64,000 nucleotides of DNA from a virus. The stretch lies in the IMG/VR virus record IMGVR_UViG_3300016472_000923; one strand, 5' to 3'. The position numbers and the translations under genes are program-made. Positions 28,991-37,586 of this stretch are shown one piece after another. The notes under the pieces were generated by a model. It was not told the origin of the DNA, ran no database searches, and worked only from the letters and a program-made list of their open reading frames with translations. Each line of letters opens with the position of its first letter. Position 1 is the first letter of the stretch.

Positions 28991-29490
28991 TGCCCTGTGA
29001 CAGAAATGTTGCCAATAGAGACATTGGCAACAGTTGTGGTACCAATCACGGTCAAGTTACCAGCCACATTGGCATCAAAGGTATGGAAGTTGGCGTAACT
29101 GGTGACATTCAGTGTAGTGTTGCTGACCACGGTGTTGGTAAACACAGTAGCAAATTCATCGTTGGCTTCTATCCAAGCAAAAGCGATATTGTCAGATGAG
29201 CCGCGCTCGCCTATGAAACCTATGTCAAATGTGGGGCTGCCAGTCTGATCTTTGGCTAAAAGCAGCAGAGGATCCTCGATCACAACGTTGTAAGTGTCAA
29301 TCGTGGTGGTGGTACCTTGCACGTCCAAGTTGCCCTGCACTGTGAGGTTACTGGCATAGGTGAGGTTGTTGGCTAATTTTCCTGCGGTAACAGAATAATC
29401 TTGTACTTTGGTACTGGCATTGATGCCAAGATAGGTATTACCTGCTGAGGAATCAGTTACCTGATTGTTTAGAATTCGGGTCAATGCCAT
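25771..29490 (-). CDS. Long tail fibre protein with 39-aa repeats and a C-terminal chaperone-like domain
   Basis: 1239 aa; repeats of GTVNATGNISGGNLNSN...; C-terminal ATSAQYADLAE...EVVVGRL. Confidence 0.8.
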   Translation of the reverse strand: MALTRILNNQVTDSSAGNTYLGINASTKVQDYSVTAGKLANNLTYASNLTVQGNLDVQGTTTTIDTYNVVIEDPLLLLAKDQTGSPTFDIGFIGERGSSDNIAFAWIEANDEFATVFTNTVVSNTTLNVTSYANFHTFDANVAGNLTVIGTTTVANVSIGNISVTGQINATGNITGGNLNSNAAITGTTLTTTGTATVGNVSTSGTVSATGNITGGNLNSNSAITGTTLTTTGTATVGNLSTAGTVNATGNVSGGNLTSNGSATVTTTATVGNLSTAGTVNATGNISGGNLNSNGTITGTTITTTGTATVGNLSTTGTVNATGNITGGNLNSNGTITGTTITTTGTGTFGNVSTTGTVNATGNVSGGNIVSNSAITGTTLTTSGNASVGNLSTSGQVTATGNVTAAIVNTGTVTTTSGDLILNSASGVMQWDGSGNIVMNNQWINNLGYPTQDTDAASKVYVDTMVATGLTYHQSVVAATTTTLAATTGGTITYTQPNGAANGIGGTISTTGSFNLIDDANVQTANTRILVKNEGNAALNGIYYWANATAIIRTTDADEYGANSTTQLSYNDYFFVTSGNVNKGSAWVVDAPTGTITFGTSNIEFAQFSSSQTYTANTAAGILLTGTVFSAKVDNDTTAFDGGGNIIVKAGANLVTPNIGAATGTSLVLTGNVSAGNASISGVINATGNITGGNLNSNGTITGTTITTTGTGTFGNVSTTGTVNATGNVSGGNIVSNAAITGTTLTTTGAISATSGTISTTGNINGGNINATANVTGTGAVFTGNVTAANFIGNISGNIDAAGANTQVQFNDGDLLGASSSFTFDKSTNLMTVGNASITGTVNSTGNITGGNLNSNSTITGTTLTTTGTATVGNLSTAGTVNATGNIAGGNLNSNGALTVTTTGTLGNLEVSGTGNIVGKTIIGNALVNSANTANAALAVGATTSVLIAVGNTAQRPSTGVTGMLRFNTTTDSLEYYDNDSWTSAGTTFTVIVADSFVGNGVANTFTLSQDSTTAGTIVSINGIVQIPTTAYSVSGNSLVFTEAPEVSDVIDARILTTTTTVTGLSSGSATFEGDGSNAFVLTGNFLNGNANGTGNIGSSTGYFNTIFATATSAQYADLAEMYEADSIIEPGTVVCFGGAKEVTTCSTDACRRIAGVVSTNPSYIMNAGLSGDYVVAVALTGRVPTRVTGTIRKGDMLVATGDGRARAETDPITGSIIGKALADFDGADGMIEVVVGRL

Positions 29491-29561
29491 GCTTTTTCTC
29501 CGGCCTCAAGGGCTATCAGAGTTATTTACCGTTTCTAAAAAAAACTATTGTATGGGTGTAT

Positions 29562-31160
29562 CTAAGTGCTGATGGTAGCACCAAGCGCAACACGCTTCCA
29601 TGCACCGCTGCTGTACACGGCTAGACAGGCATTACCGCTGTCACCATTGGTCACATATATCAGCTGCCCAGCAGCAGTATTTCCCAAAGCATTGGCCTGT
29701 GCTACGGAGTAGGAAGGCAGTTGTACGCTTAAGGTAGCAGCAAGATTTCCAACACCAGATTCATCAACGGATATGGCGTTGGTTCCAGCATCATTGGTTA
29801 TTTCGCTTATAGTAGCCACAGGAGAGATGAATCTCACCGTGACAGTGTCTGCCACAGCCGGTGGTTCTGCAAAAGTTATCACATTGCCTGTTACTGTATA
29901 AGCCACACCGGGCTGCTGCACCACACCATTGTTGACTACTATGATGCTGTTAGCGGTAGCAGTTTGTTCCAAAGTAAAAGTGTTGGCTACACTATTACCA
30001 TCTATGACCTGCGTGGTTATAGACCCAAAGGTGTTACCCACAGATATCCAATCTGTGCCAGTGTAGACTTCGGTGATTTCTGTAGCTGAATTGAATCGTA
30101 TAGTACCTGCAGCAGCATTTCCCGGGCGCTGGGCAGTATTGCCCGTGGGCAAAACCATGCCAGTGGCAGCATCTATGACCAGTAATCCATTGACCGCAGC
30201 GGTGGGCGTGATCGTGATGTTGGCAAAGGTACCGTCAGTGGTGATGGTGGTGTTGGCAAATACGAGATTTCCAGTGTTTGTGGCGATTTCATCGTCGACA
30301 TAACCTTTGGTAGCAGCGTCACTGTCGACCACGGGTGTAGCCAACCCATTGATATTGACCGAAGCAAGGATTATGTTGCCGGCACCTAAAATTTGGGTAG
30401 ATCCAATCACGGCATTGGCCGTGGTCTCAATGTTGCCCGTGGCTGAAATTCCGTCCTGGAAATATACATAGGCGTTGGCTGCGGAAGACACATTTTCAAC
30501 CACGAGGTCAGTGAAGTTGCCAGTGTTCGCTGAAACGGTGCCACTGGTGATATTTCCGTTGCCCACCGAGCCAACTGTCAATACCACATTGGCTGAATCA
30601 AATAGAAGATTGGCACTGGCACCAAAGTCACCATTGTCATTGTATTGTATTTGCCCCGACGATCCTGCCGGTTGTTGGAAATCAATGGGCGATCCGTTAG
30701 CATAAAGATAATTGTCAGACAGGATATTGCCTGCTGAAAGGTTGCCAGTGATGGTCAGTACTGTGCCATCCCAGGTGAGATCAGAGTCAGTGATAGCATA
30801 ACTGGCAGCGTTGGCAAACAACACGCCATTGGCAGTAGCGGTGCCAATGCGTAGATCTGTAACATTGGACAGATTGCCTTGGAATACATTGGCAAACAGA
30901 AAGTCTGCGTAACTGCCAGCGCTGCCTATATTGCCGCTGTAAACAGGGAGATAAGCAGCCACGTTAGCATTGCTGTAAGTGGCGCCTCCGGCCAGTGTGA
31001 CAAACTGTGTGCCATCAAAATACTCGATGGCAGTGCTGTCACTGTTATATCGTATCAGCCCGGATTCAGGAAATTCTGGACGAACCGCGGAATCGCCGCC
31101 AGGCAGCACAGCACCGGTGCTGCCACTGGGTATGCGGCGGTTTTTGACGAAATTTCCCAA
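29562..31160 (-). CDS. Virion structural / fibre-associated protein
   Basis: GxTAQRP..G.IRFN modules, GSSGQIQYND module, Ig-like NGVVQQP module. Confidence 0.7.
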   Translation of the reverse strand: MGNFVKNRRIPSGSTGAVLPGGDSAVRPEFPESGLIRYNSDSTAIEYFDGTQFVTLAGGATYSNANVAAYLPVYSGNIGSAGSYADFLFANVFQGNLSNVTDLRIGTATANGVLFANAASYAITDSDLTWDGTVLTITGNLSAGNILSDNYLYANGSPIDFQQPAGSSGQIQYNDNGDFGASANLLFDSANVVLTVGSVGNGNITSGTVSANTGNFTDLVVENVSSAANAYVYFQDGISATGNIETTANAVIGSTQILGAGNIILASVNINGLATPVVDSDAATKGYVDDEIATNTGNLVFANTTITTDGTFANITITPTAAVNGLLVIDAATGMVLPTGNTAQRPGNAAAGTIRFNSATEITEVYTGTDWISVGNTFGSITTQVIDGNSVANTFTLEQTATANSIIVVNNGVVQQPGVAYTVTGNVITFAEPPAVADTVTVRFISPVATISEITNDAGTNAISVDESGVGNLAATLSVQLPSYSVAQANALGNTAAGQLIYVTNGDSGNACLAVYSSGAWKRVALGATIST

Positions 31161-31168
31161 GGACCACC

Positions 31169-31477
31169 TTAGATCGTGGTGTAACTGACTACAGCACCTA
31201 GGCTGGCACTGGAGTTGGCCTGCACTGTATCATTGGTGTCAAGCAGCAGTTTTTCACCAGCTTGGTAAAGTTGATAGGTATCACCGCCGGTGATCAGTAT
31301 GTTGGCCAGAATAATGGTCTGAGCATTAGCGGAACCGCCCGCGGGCACTGTCCAAACATTAGCCAGCACGTTTGAACCACTGCTATTGGTCAAAGTCAAC
31401 CAAGTGATAGCAGTACTGGATGCGCTGACATATATGTTTGCGGTACTGGATGAAACTGAAGCAGTCGTGATTGACAT
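31169..31477 (-). CDS. Small structural protein
   Basis: 102-aa beta-rich ORF within the fibre operon. Confidence 0.6.
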   Translation of the reverse strand: MSITTASVSSSTANIYVSASSTAITWLTLTNSSGSNVLANVWTVPAGGSANAQTIILANILITGGDTYQLYQAGEKLLLDTNDTVQANSSASLGAVVSYTTI

Positions 31478-31486
31478 TTGTTGTCC

Positions 31487-32173
31487 TTAAAATATGATAC
31501 CAAAAACTATGGCCTTGCTTTTGCTGACCAACTCGTCCTGGGTGTTGTTGCTGTCAACGAAGTAAACGCCAGTGCCGCCAGATCCGGCAGCATCAGCATA
31601 GACTATGGTATTGCTGGCCACGTTGGCCGGCGTTGACGCCAGGTGGGCCAAGGTCAAGCGTCCATTGAGTCCCAGCGCATTGCCCACGGTATTGAATGTA
31701 AAAGCAGCCGAAGCTCCCAACACCGAGGCATTGTTGAACTGTATTTGGGTGTTGCTGCCCGCCGGTGTGGCGGTTATGTTAGCACCTTCTACTAGGATGT
31801 TGGCATAGCTTCCCGTGGCACCACTGTTGCCAGATGCTGTGTTAGAACTAACCTGCCAGACGTTAGCATTGCCATTGAACTGTATGGCCGCATAGGTAGG
31901 CAACACATTGCCTCCGCCTGTCTGCACAACCAAACCAAGATTTCCATAGCCCAGTGGGTTTCCCGGTCCAAGATTGTTTTCACCGGCCAAGATGAATGGT
32001 GCTGTGGTTTCTAATATCGTGGTATTACTGGCTATCGAAGTTCCTTGCACCAGCAGGTTGCCATTGACTATGAGATAACCTTCACCCACACCGATGTTGC
32101 CCGCGGTAGAACTGTTGAACGGACCAAGATTTATCTGGTAATCACCGCTGAAGGTTTTCTGAGATGTAGCCAT
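31487..32173 (-). CDS. Structural protein
   Basis: GSNTQIQFNN module; ends SKSKAIVFGIIF. Confidence 0.65.
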   Translation of the reverse strand: MATSQKTFSGDYQINLGPFNSSTAGNIGVGEGYLIVNGNLLVQGTSIASNTTILETTAPFILAGENNLGPGNPLGYGNLGLVVQTGGGNVLPTYAAIQFNGNANVWQVSSNTASGNSGATGSYANILVEGANITATPAGSNTQIQFNNASVLGASAAFTFNTVGNALGLNGRLTLAHLASTPANVASNTIVYADAAGSGGTGVYFVDSNNTQDELVSKSKAIVFGIIF

Positions 32174-32758
32174 TTAGGATTCCTTTGGCTTATTTAGCGT
32201 TTCTTGAAACTGCTTTATCGGCATGCGTTCATAATTATGCAGTCGACCAAATTCGCCAATTTCCTGGGTGGTGGGCCCGTACACCCGGATGAATTTCTGG
32301 TTGTGGAAATCTCGCATGACTTTGGTTGCCTGTTTTATCCAGTTGCCGGTAAAAGTGGGCTGGCTGCCCAATCGCTTGTAAAACTGCGTGTCAGCGTAGA
32401 CATTGTTGAATCTGCCGTCCAGACCGGCACCGAGATCAAACCCCAGCAGATAGATAGGCCTATGTCCGTCCAAAGCAGCCAATGCCATGGCTATGGGTCC
32501 AGAACTGTAACCAAAATAGGCTTTGGGAACTTGATGAGCCCCTGATCCGGGCAAGGGTCGCCGCGTGTAAAATCGATTGCACTTAGAATAACCCGAATGC
32601 TGTATCTCTTCGGCTATGGGACGATCGGTGGCCACCAGGGCCGTGGGGCTGTGTGTCCTATAAAGTGCATTGCACCCATAGACATCACCAATCTTCATCA
32701 GAACATTGACATCGATGGCAGCTCTACTGACACCATTGCCCAGAACAAATGCGGCCAT
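32174..32758 (-). CDS. MAF/DUF115-like nucleotide-sugar transferase-fold protein
   Basis: AFVLGNGVSR, YGCNALYR, LVATD, SSG..A, IYLLGFD. Confidence 0.6.
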   Translation of the reverse strand: MAAFVLGNGVSRAAIDVNVLMKIGDVYGCNALYRTHSPTALVATDRPIAEEIQHSGYSKCNRFYTRRPLPGSGAHQVPKAYFGYSSGPIAMALAALDGHRPIYLLGFDLGAGLDGRFNNVYADTQFYKRLGSQPTFTGNWIKQATKVMRDFHNQKFIRVYGPTTQEIGEFGRLHNYERMPIKQFQETLNKPKES

Positions 32759-32791
32759 AAAAAATCCTCCCTGTATGTAGCAGGGAGGATT
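32759..32791 (-). terminator. Intrinsic terminator
   Basis: AATCCTCCCTG-tatgtag-CAGGGAGGATT with a U-tract. Confidence 0.8.
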
Positions 32792-32811
32792 GGGTTGCCA
32801 ACAAATTTAGA

Positions 32812-33501
32812 TTACGAGGTATAGTTCTCGACGATGGCCAACACATAGGTATCGTTGCCCTGTGTTCCAGAGATGATCTCTGTGCCTTCGTCTGTGAAGA
32901 AGTTCACCAGATACTTGTTGTTGGACCAGTCGATAGCATACTTGTTGGTCAGCTTCTTGATCAGGATGTCCGTGGAATCGCCATTGAAGATCGCGATGTT
33001 CATGTTGCCTTGTGTCAAAGCTGATGTGGCTTCATTAGCCAGTGTGCAAACACCAACTTCAAACGCTGTACCTGTACCCGAACCTGCTGCACCAGCCACA
33101 AAGATGTCACCAGCAGCAGGGTTGGCTTTGGAAGCACCACAGGCTGTCCAGTTGGTTGTGCCTACTGTGTTGATGATGTAGGAACGACCAACCACTAGAT
33201 CTTCGTCGTTGACCGATGTGGTATCAGCTACCAGATACTGGCGGCTGCCTTTTTGTGTGATGATGAAACCAGCGGCTTCAGCGGCACCAGGACCACCTGT
33301 GGGTAGATATACCTGAACACGCACCACTGGATAGGCTGCTGTGGCGATAGAACCACCACCTAGGTTGTTGGCACCACCTACCACGCCGATGAACTGTGAA
33401 GTGTTCAGCGTGTCGGGATAGACTGGATTTGTGAGTTCACCGACATTGTTGAAACCAATGTCTTTGGTTGTTGTTTTTTTAATCTTGAGAGGACGTCCCA
33501 T
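32812..33501 (-). CDS. Structural protein, possible head decoration
   Basis: MGRPLK start, QKGSRQYLV; strong SD; own late promoter and terminator. Confidence 0.6.
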   Translation of the reverse strand: MGRPLKIKKTTTKDIGFNNVGELTNPVYPDTLNTSQFIGVVGGANNLGGGSIATAAYPVVRVQVYLPTGGPGAAEAAGFIITQKGSRQYLVADTTSVNDEDLVVGRSYIINTVGTTNWTACGASKANPAAGDIFVAGAAGSGTGTAFEVGVCTLANEATSALTQGNMNIAIFNGDSTDILIKKLTNKYAIDWSNNKYLVNFFTDEGTEIISGTQGNDTYVLAIVENYTS

Positions 33502-33600
33502 TTGTTTTCTCCTTAAAGAAGTCCGATCGGGGTTCTAGCCCGTACGCGGTGGGGTTTAGGCGCCGCATAAAACGCAGGATCGCGTTGACAAGTATTTAGT

Positions 33601-34206
33601 CTAGGGTGCCGTTTGCCAGCTCTTGGCGTAGGTATAATTCCAAGTTGGCCTGATGATGGTGTTGCTCTGGAATTCTCGATTGGAGTTGTCAGATGAGGCA
33701 GTCTCGGTACAGACTACCGTGAACTCATGACTGGTGAAATTGTCTATGGCACCACCTGACACATCAGCACCTTGTATGGTATAGGTCACCAGCCCGGATT
33801 GATAAGTCAAGAGATAGGGCCCTTGGGCACGGCCGCCTTGATCGGTGGTGGTCTGGCCGCCATAAGAGATACCTTGTCCGTTGAAACTGTTGGAGTTCTG
33901 TTGCCGGATCACTACCCAACGACCTGTCACAGTGATACGACATTGACTGGCAGGATAAGTGATCATGGTGTCGGGATCAGTGTAGGCTGTCAGTGTGTTA
34001 CCTATCACAGCGATGGACCAGCCTTGGCCTGATAAGCTCAGGGTACCGCCTGATAGTGGACTGGGATGTGTGAGACTGAGTCCAAAGGTAGCCCCATCAT
34101 TGTAACCGCTTTGGCTGAATCTCCATAGCCCTTGCTCTTGGACTGACAGACCGTTGCTGGCAGTGAGTTGGGCGGTGCCTGTGTAAGGAGTGATGAAGGT
34201 GGGCAT
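33601..34206 (-). CDS. Hypothetical protein
   Basis: S/T/G/Q-rich ORF; start reassigned to ATG 34206, just after TAAATA at 34211-34216. Confidence 0.55.
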   Translation of the reverse strand: MPTFITPYTGTAQLTASNGLSVQEQGLWRFSQSGYNDGATFGLSLTHPSPLSGGTLSLSGQGWSIAVIGNTLTAYTDPDTMITYPASQCRITVTGRWVVIRQQNSNSFNGQGISYGGQTTTDQGGRAQGPYLLTYQSGLVTYTIQGADVSGGAIDNFTSHEFTVVCTETASSDNSNREFQSNTIIRPTWNYTYAKSWQTAP

Positions 34207-34223
34207 GCAGTATTTAATCAAAA

Positions 34224-34249
34224 CAAAACCGCCGTGGAAGGCGGTTTTG
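34224..34249 (-). terminator. Intrinsic terminator
   Basis: CAAAACCGCC-gtggaa-GGCGGTTTTG. Confidence 0.8.
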
Positions 34250-34269
34250 GTGATCGATTACCGGGCCGA

Positions 34270-34455
34270 TTACTTCTTGGCTTCGGCTTTCTTCTCTTCT
34301 TTTTTCACTTCTTTTTTGGCTTCTTTCTTCTCTTCCTTCTTGGCAGGAGCGGCAGCGGCGGGCTTGGCTTCTTCCTTCTTGGCAGGAGCAGCAGGAGCTT
34401 GGGCGAAAGCGGTGACAGCAAACAGGGCAGCAACAGCAGTAACGACTGATTTCAT
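34270..34455 (-). CDS. Small secreted Lys/Ala/Glu-rich peptide (Asr-like composition)
   Basis: Sec signal MKSVVTAVAALFAVTAFA, then PAKKEE repeats; GGAGA SD. Confidence 0.7.
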   Translation of the reverse strand: MKSVVTAVAALFAVTAFAQAPAAPAKKEEAKPAAAAPAKKEEKKEAKKEVKKEEKKAEAKK

Positions 34456-34558
34456 ATGTTTCTCCAATTGGTATATGAGATTGTGGTCGGACCTCCCAAC
34501 CACAATAGCATTTATGACTTGACGCCGTTAGTGCAAAGATTTGTGTAACAAGATCAAC

Positions 34559-34585
34559 AAAAAACCCGCCGAAGCGGGTTTTTTG
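34559..34585 (-). terminator. Intrinsic terminator after the capsid gene
   Basis: AAAAACCCGC-cgaa-GCGGGTTTTT (UUCG loop on the minus strand). Confidence 0.85.
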
Positions 34586-34608
34586 ATTTGGTCCAACAAG
34601 TTCTCGAT

Positions 34609-35820
34609 TTAGGAGAAGCTTAGGTTCGAAACAGCGATCTCACCAACATAGTCGCCAGCGTTACCGAAGGACGAAGCTGTGTTTGTAAGCTCGATGTAGC
34701 CGTAGCGTGTCATGAAGCTCACGACGGGTTCGAACGTTGTGGGATCCAGAACGACACCGGACGACATCAGGGGGATGTAGGGGCAGTAGAACGCAGCAGC
34801 GTCAGCCTCAGACGAACCCTTGTAGCCGACCAGCACAGGTGTGGAGTCGCTGGCATAAGAGTCAACGAACACACGCATTGCGCCGTTCAGTGTACCAACA
34901 AACTTGGTGTTGGTGGGAGCTTCGAAAGTACCTTCTGTGGTACGAGCGAAAGCAGAAGTTGTAGCAGACTGCAGAACAGTCAGCGAAGCAGGCGACACAA
35001 CAGCCCAGTTACCAGCGCCACGGCGTGTACGCTGAGCGATCAGGTTAGCAACACGGTTGATCAGAACGGCCAGAGCGGCGTGCTCGTCACCAACGAATGT
35101 AGCAGTACCAGAAACGGTAGCTTGGTTGTATGTGAACTCTGTTTGAGCCAGGCTGCGCAGCGACAAGAGGATCTCTTGGTCGATTTCAGCTGTGATCTCT
35201 TGAGCCAGGGCAGCCATGATCTCGGCTTCAACGTCGATACCATGCATGGCCTGTGCGTCTTGAGCAGCTTCAAAGGTCCAACGAGCTTGCAGCTTACGGG
35301 TTTTGGCTTCAACAGCTTGCTTCAGGATCTGCACGCTGATCTGACGACCACCGGAACCTTCCAGCGTAGCTGTGTTGGCACCTGTGTAAGTGGTCTGTGT
35401 TCCACTAACTGTACCAGAGCTAACTGAGCTTGCTGAAGAGTAAGCAGTAGCGATCTTGAAGGGGCTCAGGGCCTCTTCACCAGCAACAGTGGATGTTGCG
35501 GCTGCGGATTGGTCTGTCATGGTGTTGGCATATCGCACACGCAGAGTGTGGATCTGACCAACGGGACCGGTCATGGGCTGCACACCAACCAGTTCGTTGG
35601 CGATGACAGTGGGCATGACCCGTCGAATCACCGGCAGGATCACGCGGTTCAGCGTGGCGATATTGCCGGAAACTGTGGTACCAGCAGAAGCGTTCTCTTT
35701 CAGGTACTTGCGTGTGTTCTCGAGGATCACACCCATGGTGTTGCGACGGCTGCCTTTGAGGCCTTCCATGAGGGCTTCTTTGGTCTCGTCCCAACGGCTT
35801 TCTAATAGTTCTTGTGACAT
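34609..35820 (-). CDS. gp23: Major capsid protein
   Basis: LVGVQPMTGPVGQI, AKTRKLQARWTFE..QD, EIDQEIL, FYCPYIPL, FMTRYG. Confidence 0.96.
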   Translation of the reverse strand: MSQELLESRWDETKEALMEGLKGSRRNTMGVILENTRKYLKENASAGTTVSGNIATLNRVILPVIRRVMPTVIANELVGVQPMTGPVGQIHTLRVRYANTMTDQSAAATSTVAGEEALSPFKIATAYSSASSVSSGTVSGTQTTYTGANTATLEGSGGRQISVQILKQAVEAKTRKLQARWTFEAAQDAQAMHGIDVEAEIMAALAQEITAEIDQEILLSLRSLAQTEFTYNQATVSGTATFVGDEHAALAVLINRVANLIAQRTRRGAGNWAVVSPASLTVLQSATTSAFARTTEGTFEAPTNTKFVGTLNGAMRVFVDSYASDSTPVLVGYKGSSEADAAAFYCPYIPLMSSGVVLDPTTFEPVVSFMTRYGYIELTNTASSFGNAGDYVGEIAVSNLSFS

Positions 35821-35842
35821 CTAAGTCTCCTTTATCTAACTA

Positions 35843-36937
35843 TTACAGTCCTGCCAGGCGTTTGATGTCGATCACGTTGGAACGAGAGTCTTCATCTTCA
35901 ACTACCTTGACATTTTTATCACCAGTCACTGCTACATGGCTTTCAGCGATCACCTGACGGGCTTTCGTTGTTTTGCCTTCTGCAAGCACAGCTGGTAGAT
36001 ATTTCTCAAAAGCGCCTTTCAGTCGAGCTGTTTGTACGCTTTCCAAGAGATTCTTCATGACTTCACGCTTCTCTTCGTTGAGAGGAGCCAGCAATTCTTC
36101 CATTGTAGCAGTACGCTCATTGGATTCCTTGATCATGCGAATCTCACGCTCTTTGCTCTCCACGATGACTTTGGCGTCTTCGGCAGAGCGGGTGGCTTCG
36201 GCTAGTTGCTGATCTTTTGCCTCAATTTCCTTGCGGAGTTTGCGGACTTCGGCGTTCTCATTGAGGTGAGTGGCACCAAATTCTGCAGCATAGGCTTCAA
36301 AAATCTTGCGACCAAAATTGTTCTCGCGAGCAATCTTGATGTCTTCGTGCAACTGGCTGAGTTCAGCCTTGAGATGATGGCTTACAGCCTGGGTCATCTT
36401 GGCAGCAGATTCTTTGATAAATCTTGCTTTCAAGTTTTCCAGGGTATCACGGGCTTCGCGCACCAGACGGACCTTGGTTTCAACAATGTCCTTCTTATCT
36501 TGAGCGAATTCCATGATCTCTTCAGCCAGGGCCTTGACAACAAATTTTTCCAATTTCTGGAGGCCTTCGTTGTGGCTCCGACGGTCTTTGCGCAGTTCGC
36601 CAATTTCTTCAGCAAGTTTAGAAACCATGAAGTCGTTAAACTTCGTGGCTGATTCTTTTAACTTGATCTGTCCATTGACTCGATCAGCGGCCACGGCTGC
36701 TTTTTCTTCAGCCAGGGCTTGGATCTCTGCTTGCAGACCTTCTGTTACCATCTTGTCCAGGGCTTCCACCATTACTGTTTTGTCATGCTCATAGCGCTGT
36801 GCAAACTCTTCGCGGAGTTCTGCACGCACCTGCTCGCGAGCTTCTGTGAGCTTGGCTTCCCAAGCTTCAGAGATCTCTTGGCGGGTGTCTTCGTTTATAA
36901 GATCGCTATCTAGTAAGGGTTTCAGTGCATCTAACAT
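35843..36937 (-). CDS. gp22: Prohead core scaffold protein
   Basis: Coiled-coil, E/K-rich; sits between protease and capsid genes. Confidence 0.8.
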   Translation of the reverse strand: MLDALKPLLDSDLINEDTRQEISEAWEAKLTEAREQVRAELREEFAQRYEHDKTVMVEALDKMVTEGLQAEIQALAEEKAAVAADRVNGQIKLKESATKFNDFMVSKLAEEIGELRKDRRSHNEGLQKLEKFVVKALAEEIMEFAQDKKDIVETKVRLVREARDTLENLKARFIKESAAKMTQAVSHHLKAELSQLHEDIKIARENNFGRKIFEAYAAEFGATHLNENAEVRKLRKEIEAKDQQLAEATRSAEDAKVIVESKEREIRMIKESNERTATMEELLAPLNEEKREVMKNLLESVQTARLKGAFEKYLPAVLAEGKTTKARQVIAESHVAVTGDKNVKVVEDEDSRSNVIDIKRLAGL

Positions 36938-36946
36938 GCGTTTCTC

Positions 36947-37573
36947 CTAGATTTTGAGATCCTTGATGAGGCGTTTGACTTCCTCTTTCAAGTATCTCTG
37001 TACTTTGTTGTCCGATCCAGCTTCGCGTGCAATCTCCAGGGCACGATGACCATAAGGCATGTTCATCAGACCTTCATAGATAGCTTTGGGATATGCGTTT
37101 GGTGCGCTGGGTTGGGCAACAACATCGACAGTGACGATTTCAAAGTCACTGACATGTCCGTTGGCCTCGTTAACGTTTCCGCTACCGCGGCTCGAAACTC
37201 CTAGCTTCACACCCGATTCCAGCATGGTTTTGACCAGCTGTCCCATGGGTGTGGGCAGTATCTTGAGTTTACCAAAACCATTAGGGCCATCCATCCACAT
37301 TTCTGTGATCATATGGCTCACACGGTCAAGGTTTACTTTTAAGTCATCGGGGTGATCTACTTCGCCGAGCACTGAGTATCCAGAATTGATCTGCTCGTTC
37401 AGTGTTTTCACTGCACGCTCGATCTCATTCACAGGGTACACACGCTCGTTGGCGTTTTTTACACCGCCTTGGATGCAGATGCCCTTCATGTAGAGATTCT
37501 TACCTTCTTCGCTGCCTTCTACTACGATACGGGCAGCGTCGAAAGTAAGATTTTCTCTGAGGTAAAGAGCCAT
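36947..37573 (-). CDS. gp21: Prohead protease
   Basis: NANERVY, LGEVDHP, GVSSRGSG, DVVAQPSAP. Confidence 0.93.
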   Translation of the reverse strand: MALYLRENLTFDAARIVVEGSEEGKNLYMKGICIQGGVKNANERVYPVNEIERAVKTLNEQINSGYSVLGEVDHPDDLKVNLDRVSHMITEMWMDGPNGFGKLKILPTPMGQLVKTMLESGVKLGVSSRGSGNVNEANGHVSDFEIVTVDVVAQPSAPNAYPKAIYEGLMNMPYGHRALEIAREAGSDNKVQRYLKEEVKRLIKDLKI

Positions 37574-37586
37574 TTACCTGCGGTCC

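Noticed and set aside
5799-29098. Long antisense ORFs (e.g. 6895-7920, 24450-25292, 26633-27775, 28313-29098)
   Set aside because: These are shadows of biased or repetitive sense-strand codons, with no independent signals
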